Of a stretch of DNA of 64,000 nucleotides, positions 17,461-25,750 are shown piece after piece. Source of the stretch: Candidatus Bipolaricaulota bacterium. Lineage in GTDB: Bacteria; Bipolaricaulota; Bipolaricaulia; UBA7950; UBA9294. Every line of letters begins with the position of its first letter. Within the stretch, counting starts at the first letter, position 1. The stretch lies in the NCBI GenBank assembly GCA_028277345.1, contig JANQGM010000039.1:55728-119727 (forward strand). The letters are read 5' to 3'. The position numbers were made by a program, and so were the translations under genes. The notes under the pieces were generated by a model. It worked only from the letters and a program-made list of their open reading frames with translations. It did not search any database and was not told where the DNA came from.

Positions 17461-17575
17461 GGGTTCTCCTTTAGGGGTGTCATTGAGTTTGCAGACTAGA
17501 CATTACCCCGCTGTCTGCGTACGGTCGACTTCCTGAATGTTGCAGAGTTGGCTATGCTCAAGAATGGAGGCGCTG

Positions 17576-18440
17576 ATGATTCGAATGCCGAGGACGCTTT
17601 CGTTGCCGGATGGTGATGTATCCATGCTTCCTCCGGTGGCCCACTACGACTGCCTCCGGGTTGAGTCGCCGCTTGTGATTGACGGTCGATTGGATGAGGC
17701 AGTGTGGGCTCGGGTTGAGTGGTCCGGGGCATTTGTGAAAATGGATACCGGCGCCCCCGTTTCGTTAAAGTCACAGATCGCGTTGCTCTGGGACGACGTT
17801 GCGCTCTACGCAGGATTTCGATTCGAGGATGGCGATATCTGGGGAACACACGTCGAGCATCACGATCACGTCTACCATCGAGATAGCGATGCCGAACTCT
17901 TCATCCATGGAGAGGGTGTGTATTACGAAATCGGCATCAACCCCATCAATACCGTGTACGAAGTTCTATGGACGTGGCTGGAGCCTGTGGTTGCCCGTCA
18001 GGACGTCAACGCTGAATCGGCTGCTCTCCACAGAGCATGGATTGTATTTCACCCCACGTCGCACGGACCGCATCGGACGATTTGGAGAAACCGATTGGCA
18101 GTGGCCCGGATTGCGCCATGGTGTTCACGTGCAAGGACACTTGAACAATCCGAGACTCCGCGACGAAGGGTGGACGGTCGAATTGGCGTTGCCCTGGAAG
18201 GGGCTCCACATCCTGGGGCGAGGGGATGGGCCGCCAAGAGCGGGTGACGTTTGGCGCATTGGCGCCTCACGGTGTCAGCACTTCCGCGAGGCATCGGATT
18301 CCGGGGAACGCGAAACGGGCGAGTTGATCAGCCCCTCCGCGGGACGGTACGAAGACTGGTCCTGGAATGCTCACGGGTTCATCAATATGCACATTCCCGA
18401 GCGATGGTCAAAGGTGCGGTTTGACGATGCGCACGCATAA
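17576..18440 (+). pseudogene. Carbohydrate-binding family 9-like (CBM9_2/DOMON-like) gene interrupted by a frameshift
   Basis: The N-terminal half is in frame 2 (IDGRLDEAVWARVEW...DSDAELFI...YYEIGINPINTVYEV). The C-terminal half is in frame 3 (WPGLRHGVHVQGHLNNP..EGWTVELALPW...EDWSWNAHGFINMHIPERWSKVRF). The switch falls somewhere around 18000-18090. Confidence 0.7.
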
Positions 18441-19116
18441 CCGCTGGGGCAAGCACAGAATACTCCGATGGGAACGACTCCGGTTGCGGAAGGCGTGTGT
18501 TATTGGAGCCCTTATGAGCCTTCTGCTTGGCATGATGGCACTTGCCAACGACCTCATTCTCTCACTCGAGGTTGGCGGAGCCCTCGATGCTCGGTTTAGA
18601 GGCTTGGAGATCTTGGCGGACATTCATGCCGGTGCCGCATTGTCCGGCGAGGTGAAAATGGCGGCGACGCGTTGGGAAATTGAGGCGGCTGGGAGCCTCT
18701 TGGGTTTTGGTCGCCGGGACATTTTGACCACGACCAGCACGGGCTGGTTCATCTTATCTGCTGAGGGAGTTCTGAACACTGGAGGCGCCTGGACAATTCG
18801 CTCCCTTCTGTATGGAGCTCGGCGTAGCACGACTCCGCTCAGGGCTGGCGATTTGTTAGAGGGAATTCATGTCACGCTGACCGAGATGAGCGATGAAGCC
18901 GCCGTGTTCGTGGGCGCATTCTCCGGAACGCTTGGAGGTGGCGCCGTCCCATCTGGCACCATCGGTGTGATCCGCCTGGAGGGCGCGGGAACGTTCCATC
19001 TTGTTGGAGATCGAGCCGATGCCACGGCTGTGGCCGCCATCCCTCTCGATGAGCCGTCCATTCCGGATGAAGTACTTCGTTCCATTCGGGAGTTCACCAA
19101 GGCGTTGCCGGACTGA
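18427..19116 (+). CDS. Hypothetical exported/membrane-anchored protein
   Basis: There is an N-terminal hydrophobic segment (VIGALMSLLLGMMALA). I recognise no other motif. The start is uncertain. Confidence 0.5.
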   Translation: MRTHNRWGKHRILRWERLRLRKACVIGALMSLLLGMMALANDLILSLEVGGALDARFRGLEILADIHAGAALSGEVKMAATRWEIEAAGSLLGFGRRDILTTTSTGWFILSAEGVLNTGGAWTIRSLLYGARRSTTPLRAGDLLEGIHVTLTEMSDEAAVFVGAFSGTLGGGAVPSGTIGVIRLEGAGTFHLVGDRADATAVAAIPLDEPSIPDEVLRSIREFTKALPD

Positions 19117-19157
19117 GACGGCGGAAGCCTTTCTCAAGATACTTCCGCCGTCTCAGT
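19112..19157. terminator. 16-bp perfect inverted repeat between convergent genes
   Basis: ACTGAGACGGCGGAAG (19112-19127) pairs with CTTCCGCCGTCTCAGT (19142-19157) across a 14-nt loop. There is no U-tract on either side. Confidence 0.5.
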
Positions 19158-19161
19158 GAGA

Positions 19162-19653
19162 TCAGCGATCGTTTGAGCGGGTGATGGCGAGGTAGAGATC
19201 CAAGATCCACTTCTCTGGATCGGATTCATCCGGAGTTTGCAGGGATTCCAACCAACAAGGAAGACCGCAGGGTGGAAGCTGGGCATAGGGGCTGTTTTCG
19301 TACCATGCGGCCAACTGCTTCCACGTCTCGCCGATATTGGAAAGGCCGTGGCAGGCAGTGACAACATACGAGCGCGCGGGGACCTCCTTGATCTCAATGG
19401 GCGGGATGGCTTGTGTGCCCGGTGCGACGCGCATCCATAGCTCATAGCCGTAGTTGTCGGATCCAGGAGACGGGTTCGGGTTGTTGAATCCGTACCCCTC
19501 ATGTCCTTCAGTGCCAAGCTTGACCCCGATCTTAGCGGCAAATGCGTTGAGGAGAACGGCCGCCTCATACTCCGGTTCCTTTCCAAAGCCGTGCGCGCTG
19601 GCAACAGTCATGGCGGGAAGGTCAACTTGGCGAACGGGCAGATCTTGATTCAT
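19162..19653 (-). CDS. GyrI-like small-molecule-binding domain protein
   Basis: 163 aa with the typical architecture (VDLPAMTVASAHGFG...YELWMRV...EVPARSYVV). Confidence 0.7.
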   Translation of the reverse strand: MNQDLPVRQVDLPAMTVASAHGFGKEPEYEAAVLLNAFAAKIGVKLGTEGHEGYGFNNPNPSPGSDNYGYELWMRVAPGTQAIPPIEIKEVPARSYVVTACHGLSNIGETWKQLAAWYENSPYAQLPPCGLPCWLESLQTPDESDPEKWILDLYLAITRSNDR

Positions 19654-19735
19654 GGTGCCTCCTTTTCGATCAGTATGGGGTATATTTATGACACCTCATG
19701 TCCTATTTGTGGAGGATGATGCGAAGGAGGACATC

Positions 19736-20713
19736 GTGCGTGCGGACCGATTGCTGAGCCTGCTGCTGTCCTTGCAGAACCGAGGACAGTCGACGACGAG
19801 CAAGCTTGCCGAGGAACTCGAAGTGTCGCAGCGAACGGTGATACGGGATCTGTACGCACTGAGAGTCGCGGGATTTCCCATCGACACCGAACGTGGCCCC
19901 CATGGCGGCGTTTCACTTCATCAAGACTTTCGCCTTCGGTTGACGGATCTGACGCGGCGTGAATTGGAGGCCCTGTTTGCGCTTAGCGTTCCTTCACTGT
20001 TGGCCGACGTCGGCATGGATGCGACGGCGAAGGGAGCCCTGAACAAGCTGGCCGCTGCACTCCCCTTGGCGCGAAGCGGTGTCGATCACGAGGTGAGAAA
20101 TCGCATCTACATGGACCCAGAGCCTTGGAGCGAGGAGAGAAACGCCAACCCCGTACTGACGGTTTTGCGGCAAGCTGTGTGGGAAGACGCCTGGTGCCGG
20201 ATTACGTTTGAACGAATTCATCATATCCCGATGGAGAATGAAGCAGCCGTTTTCGGATTGGTGGCGAAAGCGGGACGGTGGTACATCATCTGGGCGGACC
20301 GAGACGGCGCCATGCATGTCGACCGGGGATCGCGCGTGCTCGATGCAACGCATCTTGATGAGACATTCGAGCGTCCTCCGGAGTTTGATTTGGTTCGGTT
20401 CTGGAAGACATGGGAGCCTCAGTATGAAAGCGCACGACCTCGGTTTTCTGTCCAAATTCGGATTCGCCTCCACAGCATGGAAGGCATCAAGCGACGATTG
20501 GCGGGACATAGCATCCAGATTGACGCGACAAAAGCGGGGCAACAGTGGATCCCGGCACGGCTTGAATTTGACTCGTTCGAACATGCGCGCGCCACGCTCC
20601 TCTCGTGCGGCGGAGCCGTCATCATCGATGAGCCGAGGGCTCTGAAATTGTCGGTTTGCGACTTCGCGGAGCGGACGATTGAGGCCAACGCTCAACAGAC
20701 GACGGGCCTGTAA
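19736..20713 (+). CDS. YafY-family transcriptional regulator (HTH + WYL + WCX)
   Basis: GTG at 19736 lies behind an AAGGAGG SD. It begins RADRLLSLLLSLQNRGQSTTSKLAEELEVSQRTVIRDLYAL and has a WYL core (GRWYIIW). Confidence 0.8.
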   Translation: MRADRLLSLLLSLQNRGQSTTSKLAEELEVSQRTVIRDLYALRVAGFPIDTERGPHGGVSLHQDFRLRLTDLTRRELEALFALSVPSLLADVGMDATAKGALNKLAAALPLARSGVDHEVRNRIYMDPEPWSEERNANPVLTVLRQAVWEDAWCRITFERIHHIPMENEAAVFGLVAKAGRWYIIWADRDGAMHVDRGSRVLDATHLDETFERPPEFDLVRFWKTWEPQYESARPRFSVQIRIRLHSMEGIKRRLAGHSIQIDATKAGQQWIPARLEFDSFEHARATLLSCGGAVIIDEPRALKLSVCDFAERTIEANAQQTTGL

Positions 20714-20841
20714 CGCCCTTCACAAGAAACACATAATTTGCACAGAAAGAACACATGGTTATCGAAAAACGTGGAGTCATTCGAAAAAAGACGGATGGTT
20801 TCAGTCTCGCGTTGACGCTGGAATGATCTGAAGGATGGATT

Positions 20842-21864
20842 TTGGGCAAGTACTTCGTCAAGCGAGCTGTTTCCACGATTCCTGTTCTGCTGCTTGTAGC
20901 CTTGTTTTCGTTTGCCATCGTTTCGATTTATCCGGGCAACTTCTATACAAGCTACAAGCTTGCCTTGGCCCTTCGCATGGACGTGGACGGCCGCCAGGAG
21001 GTACTGGAGCAGTACGAAGCGATTCTTGCGCTACGCGGGCTCGATAAACCGTGGCTGGTTCAATTCTACTATTGGTTGGAGGGAATGGTCGTTCGGGGAA
21101 GCCTGGGGTTTTCGTTTGCAACGGGAACACCGGTCACCCAAGAAATTCTTGGACCTCAAAGCGGTCTCTGGTGGACGCTGATTATCGTGGGGAGTTCCGT
21201 CCTCATTGGCGCGCTTGTGGGGATTCCCATGGGAATCCTTGGCGCCGCCTATTATCGGAGTCCGCTTGATGTCTGCATGTACTCGGCCACGTACGCCGTG
21301 GCGGCAACCCCCCCTTTCGTCGCGGCGTTGCTTTTCTTCGTGATCTACAATTTCTTGAATCCAAACGACCTGCTTGTCCCCGGCGCTTGGGGTCTTGTGA
21401 CGCCGGCTCAAACCTATGCCCCGATGTCGATGGCGAAATTCTTTGACTACATCAAGCATCTTTCGCTGACTTGGCTAATCGTCGGAGCTCCCGTGGCTGT
21501 GATGATCGCCCGGTATTTGAGAGCCAGCTTGCTGGAGATCCTGCCCCAGAAGTACATCACCACTGCGAAAAGCAAAGGACTTTTCTCAATCGTGGTATTG
21601 ATCAAGCATGCCCTGCGCAATGCCCTTCATCCGATTGTGAGTATGTCCGGCTTTCTGTTGACGGCGACCATGACCAACTCGATCATTGCGACAACCGTTC
21701 TCGCGCAACCTTCGTTTGGAAGGCAGCTTCTTCATTCAGTTCAGACTCAGGACCAGGCGATGATTACGGCGATTTTGCTCATCTACGGGGTCCTTCTCGT
21801 TGCCGGCACGCTGCTTTCCGATCTCCTGCTGGCAGTCTTGGATCCGAGGATTCGGTACGACTAG
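20842..21864 (+). CDS. Solitary ABC transporter permease, OppB/DppB type (paralog of 9574-10578)
   Basis: TTG start. The EAA region is AKSKGLFSIVVLIKHALRNALHPIVS and the C-terminus is LDPRIRYD. No ABC partners lie adjacent. Confidence 0.8.
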   Translation: MGKYFVKRAVSTIPVLLLVALFSFAIVSIYPGNFYTSYKLALALRMDVDGRQEVLEQYEAILALRGLDKPWLVQFYYWLEGMVVRGSLGFSFATGTPVTQEILGPQSGLWWTLIIVGSSVLIGALVGIPMGILGAAYYRSPLDVCMYSATYAVAATPPFVAALLFFVIYNFLNPNDLLVPGAWGLVTPAQTYAPMSMAKFFDYIKHLSLTWLIVGAPVAVMIARYLRASLLEILPQKYITTAKSKGLFSIVVLIKHALRNALHPIVSMSGFLLTATMTNSIIATTVLAQPSFGRQLLHSVQTQDQAMITAILLIYGVLLVAGTLLSDLLLAVLDPRIRYD

Positions 21865-22246
21865 AGGCGCCCCGGCCGATCGATCTGAAGCACAAGCAAG
21901 GTTGCTGTTTCCCCGAATTTCTGGCGCCACATGTGTAGAGCAGGCGAATGGACGATTTGTTTGTTTTCAGTGGGTCGCCCCAGACGGCGTTGCATGAGGC
22001 ACCCTCAAACGCCCAATCCACAAGCCTGCGAACGGCTTTCGTTCCAAGCCCCTGGGTGCGGTAGCTGGGAGAACGCCCGTATCCGATCTTAACGTTGCCA
22101 TTCTCATCTGGCGACTCCTTGAATCCGATGGCTCCAACTCCCACATTATCGGGCTCTAGGATGATGAGCCAGTAGGTCAACCAGGAATGTTCAACGCGAG
22201 GAGCATCTTGCATCTTCTTCAGTTTGGTCCCGATGGCACGCAGCAA
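21779..22246 (-). CDS. GNAT-family (RimJ-like) acetyltransferase remnant, possibly degraded
   Basis: The core is IGFKESPDE..IGYGRSPSYRTQGLGTKAVRRLVDWAF...NKSSIRLL. See the finding at 21779-22438 for the missing start and odd C-terminus. Confidence 0.45.
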   Translation of the reverse strand: MLRAIGTKLKKMQDAPRVEHSWLTYWLIILEPDNVGVGAIGFKESPDENGNVKIGYGRSPSYRTQGLGTKAVRRLVDWAFEGASCNAVWGDPLKTNKSSIRLLYTCGARNSGKQQPCLCFRSIGRGASSRTESSDPRLPAGDRKAACRQREGPRR

Positions 22247-22488
22247 GTGGCACGCGAACAGGTCTTTGGCAATCGTGATGGAGAGCGTGCATTCCAGTGC
22301 GGCGGAAGAGGTTGTGGCGAGGTGAAACTGTGACGCAGGAAGAGACGGCAGGCGGAGCCGACCGATGCAATCGAAGAAAGGGGAAGGGCTGCCATCAAGC
22401 TCTCTTTCGGTGCGGCATCCATGCCTGGGCGAGCTGCATCATGCAAGCAGGCCTGCTCCCGTTCAATTTACAGCTGGGCAGGATGGTG

Positions 22489-23118
22489 CTAGTCCAATTC
22501 TAGGATGAGAAGGTCGTCAAATGCGAGGTGGAGCTGACCTGGATCGTACATCATCGCGGCAATCCCGACGCCCCCCGATGCAATGGCGGCGTCGACTTCT
22601 GAATAGATCTCAGTGCCGTTGACGAAAAAAGTGAACGAGTTACCATTCGCCAGGATTGTGATCTGATTGATCGCATTCCCCGTATTAATAGCGGCTGAGG
22701 GGACCCAAGGGGTAATCTCGGTTCTTGTGCCATTGACGATCTTATGAAAACAGGCGTAGCCGTCTCCTGAAATGGCGAAACGGTAGTAATTGCTGCCGTC
22801 GAGGACGCGAAAGAGAACTCCGTACCCATTGTCAAGAGGGCCGGAAACTTGCCTCGCTGTCACATCAAGGCGGAAGTCGGCGAAGGGTCCGTCGTTGCTG
22901 TTGTAACTTCCCAGCCAACGATCTGCGACCTTGATGAGGGCGTGGTACTCGCCGTTTTCGACCCACCAGGCGCGATCGGCATTGTCATTCTGCAACCAGT
23001 CTTGCGGGTTAGCAAACGTCTCCTCGTACAGGATGACCGGTCCGATCGGACCAAACAGCGTACAGGCCGAGAGCAGGACAACACTCATCAGCAGCATTCC
23101 AGCTTTTGCTTGTTTCAT
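22489..23118 (-). CDS. Lipoprotein with concanavalin-A-like/DUF1080-like beta-sandwich (tentative)
   Basis: ATG at 23118 with lipobox LLSAC. The body is beta-rich (YGVLFRVLDGSNYYRFAISGDG...ANGNSFTFFVNG). Confidence 0.6.
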   Translation of the reverse strand: MKQAKAGMLLMSVVLLSACTLFGPIGPVILYEETFANPQDWLQNDNADRAWWVENGEYHALIKVADRWLGSYNSNDGPFADFRLDVTARQVSGPLDNGYGVLFRVLDGSNYYRFAISGDGYACFHKIVNGTRTEITPWVPSAAINTGNAINQITILANGNSFTFFVNGTEIYSEVDAAIASGGVGIAAMMYDPGQLHLAFDDLLILELD

Positions 23119-23184
23119 GATTCCCCTTTTCGTCAAGCTCGATTCAACCACGAATAGCAGGGCCAGTCAACTTGCACAGTGGAT

Positions 23185-24093
23185 TCACTCCCTGTGCCGG
23201 GTTTCGGTCTTCGATCGGCGCAGCTGAACGATGAACGTCCCAGCAGCGACAATGAGCAATCCCAAAACCTGGAGCCATCCCAGCGTTTCCCCGAGAAACA
23301 GCCATGCCAGCACTGCAATCTGGATGAGCATCGTGTTGTTGATGACACTGGATTGTGCCGCGGTGAGCGAGCGGAGGGAATGATTCCACAAGGTGAATGC
23401 TAAGGCGGTATTCACAAAGGCAAGCCATCCGATGATGGCCCAGCTGCGAAGGCTTAGCGGAGGAATGCCTTGCGCGCCTGCGCCAACGGCGAGCAATAGA
23501 ATGGCGCCCGTTCCCATGCTGATGGCGGTAACAACGAGGGGCGAGGCCAGCTGCGCGCGATTGACGGCACGTCCGAGGAGGGCGGCGCCTCCGTTGGCGA
23601 GCACGGTAAAGATGGCCAAGCCGACGCCCAGCGCACTTCCTCCCCACGTTCCGGAGGGAACGAAGTAGAGCAATGCGCCGGCCAGCACGAGGCTGATGCC
23701 CAACCACTGAAGGCCGCGAAGACGCTCGTTGAGCGCGAAGACACCGGCGATGGCGACCACAATGGGAGAAAAACTCAGGAACAAGCTAAAGGGGATGGCC
23801 TCTAGATAGCGTAGGGTTAAGAATTGCCCGCCTTGAGTCAACGTATAGAAGACGATGCCAAGGAGAAGAAGAGCGCTCCATTCCCGCATTCCAAGAGGCC
23901 TCACCTCCTCACGGCGTTTCCACAACCCTGGGAGGAGGAACAGAACGGCTAGGCCATATCTCAACCCGGCAAAGGTCAGGGGCGGGATATCGACCAACCC
24001 CCATTTGATCAGCACCCAAGAGGTGGACCAAAGAAAGGTGACCAACAAGGCTTCAAGAACGGATCGAACGTAACTCGCGCGACGCATATGCAC
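23185..24093 (-). CDS. EamA/DMT-family transporter
   Basis: 302 aa with ten predicted TM segments and two EamA-like halves. Confidence 0.85.
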   Translation of the reverse strand: MHMRRASYVRSVLEALLVTFLWSTSWVLIKWGLVDIPPLTFAGLRYGLAVLFLLPGLWKRREEVRPLGMREWSALLLLGIVFYTLTQGGQFLTLRYLEAIPFSLFLSFSPIVVAIAGVFALNERLRGLQWLGISLVLAGALLYFVPSGTWGGSALGVGLAIFTVLANGGAALLGRAVNRAQLASPLVVTAISMGTGAILLLAVGAGAQGIPPLSLRSWAIIGWLAFVNTALAFTLWNHSLRSLTAAQSSVINNTMLIQIAVLAWLFLGETLGWLQVLGLLIVAAGTFIVQLRRSKTETRHRE

Positions 24094-24278
24094 CCCTTTC
24101 GTACGGATTGGCCGTACGTACGGTGCCGGCCTAATCCCTCCCGGCTTTTATCCGATAAGGTGCTACGCGCTTGGCTTTTGTGACGCTCGGTCCAGTCCTG
24201 TTGTTCAGCGGAACCCTAGTCACTCAGGTCGGCCGTGATCATTATCGTCATCCGCGGCATCGCTGGCAATTCTCTCCG

Positions 24279-25649
24279 CTACGTCTTCTGGGATGAAGGT
24301 TCCTCTCCTCCCATGTCCAACCGGAACGGCGGGTAGTCATCGTGCATGAGGGCAACGTAACTGGCGACACGCAGAACCCAACGATTGAGGCCTATGAGGA
24401 AGTCGAACATGCCGCGCGGGTAGCGTCCCGTAAACAGAAGAACGAAGCCCGAAACGATGGAGAGGATGAGGATAAGGCCTCCTCCCACTTCGATCAGTGA
24501 GCCTTCTCCCAACGTGTCGTTGAAGGCCCATGTCCACATCCCGCTCGTAAAAATCCCAACGATGACGTAGTGAGGAAGCGCCAACAGCCACCACTTGACA
24601 AGGGCGAGACCGCGGGACACGGATTCGGGATAGGCCACGTTGAACCGTGCCGGATACTCGACATCTTGAAGGGTGAATGGTGGATACCGATCCGTGGCGA
24701 GGCACGAGTAAGCGTAGAAACCGACGCGCCATGTCCAGCGCATGACGCCGACGTTGAAGTCAAAGATCCCTCGTGGGTAACGCCCTGTAACCAGAATGGC
24801 GATCCAGGCAAAAAACGTGAGAATGCAGAACGCCGCCCACAAGAACGCCAGGACGATGTAATGGGGAATGGCCAAGAACCACTTGACAAGCCAAAGCACG
24901 GGGCTCAAGGCGCCATCAAGGGAGCCTGTCACGGATGCCGGATAGGTTGCCGTCGCGGCGGGAGCGGCCTCGAGCATTTCCCCTTTGACGGGTGAACGGG
25001 TTGCAGCTAGGAGTAGGAGGGAGGCCAACGCCGCCAGGACAATGCCGGGGGCAAGAAGGCCCAGGCTGATGGGGTAGAGGATGGGAAGCCGGACTCCGGC
25101 GACAGCGGAAACTTCCACGCCCGCTTCCGCAGACGCATTCATAACGACGACAGACCAACGTCCGGGCGCGAGCTGCCAGGTGAGTGTTTGCTCGCCAACG
25201 CCTTGAGCATAAGAAGTCCAGAAATCGAGAGCTTCCGGTGTTTCTTGAGGGGCATCGCCGCGGCGTGAGGTGATCCGGACATCGTCCCAACGTTCGCCGA
25301 AGTCTCGAACAACGCTATGCGAAACCTGGGACAGGTAGCTATCTACGTCCTGTTCGGGAGCAATACCGATGAAGACGTCATCTCCACGCGACGACCGAGC
25401 GGACAGGCGAACGGTTGCGGCGACGTCCGATGGCCACCAATCTCCAGGATGGGAAGCGAGATCGATATCCCGCGCGACAATCGCGTACCCTTCGGTCTCC
25501 AAACGATAGGACGGACTGGTGAAGAATCCATCGGCGTCTCTCATCGAGTGGTGGGCCCACAGAAGCGTTCCCCCGCCAATGAGTAGTCCCAGAGCCACTA
25601 ATGCCAATACCGATCCGATAATCGCCGCAATTGCCTTTCCCGCTGTCAT
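24279..25649 (-). CDS. Membrane protein with an N-terminal extracytoplasmic domain and two DUF4389-like repeats
   Basis: Internal duplication: TGRYPRGIFDFNVGVMRWTWRVGFY...DRYPPFTL and TGRYPRGMFDFLIGLNRWVLRVASY...DDYPPFRL. Confidence 0.75.
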   Translation of the reverse strand: MTAGKAIAAIIGSVLALVALGLLIGGGTLLWAHHSMRDADGFFTSPSYRLETEGYAIVARDIDLASHPGDWWPSDVAATVRLSARSSRGDDVFIGIAPEQDVDSYLSQVSHSVVRDFGERWDDVRITSRRGDAPQETPEALDFWTSYAQGVGEQTLTWQLAPGRWSVVVMNASAEAGVEVSAVAGVRLPILYPISLGLLAPGIVLAALASLLLLAATRSPVKGEMLEAAPAATATYPASVTGSLDGALSPVLWLVKWFLAIPHYIVLAFLWAAFCILTFFAWIAILVTGRYPRGIFDFNVGVMRWTWRVGFYAYSCLATDRYPPFTLQDVEYPARFNVAYPESVSRGLALVKWWLLALPHYVIVGIFTSGMWTWAFNDTLGEGSLIEVGGGLILILSIVSGFVLLFTGRYPRGMFDFLIGLNRWVLRVASYVALMHDDYPPFRLDMGGEEPSSQKT

Positions 25650-25750
25650 GAGCCCTCCTTGAATGCTAGACGGTACCTCGACCGATCAGTTTCGCCAAAT
25701 GGCGCGAATCGGAAAGACCCTGGACCGTGCGGCGTGACCCTCCTCGCAGC

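Noticed and set aside
20622-20918. A 98-aa minus-strand ORF covering the low-GC spacer upstream of the second permease.
   Set aside because: It spans a probable promoter region and overlaps the ends of two supported genes. It has no SD and no motif.
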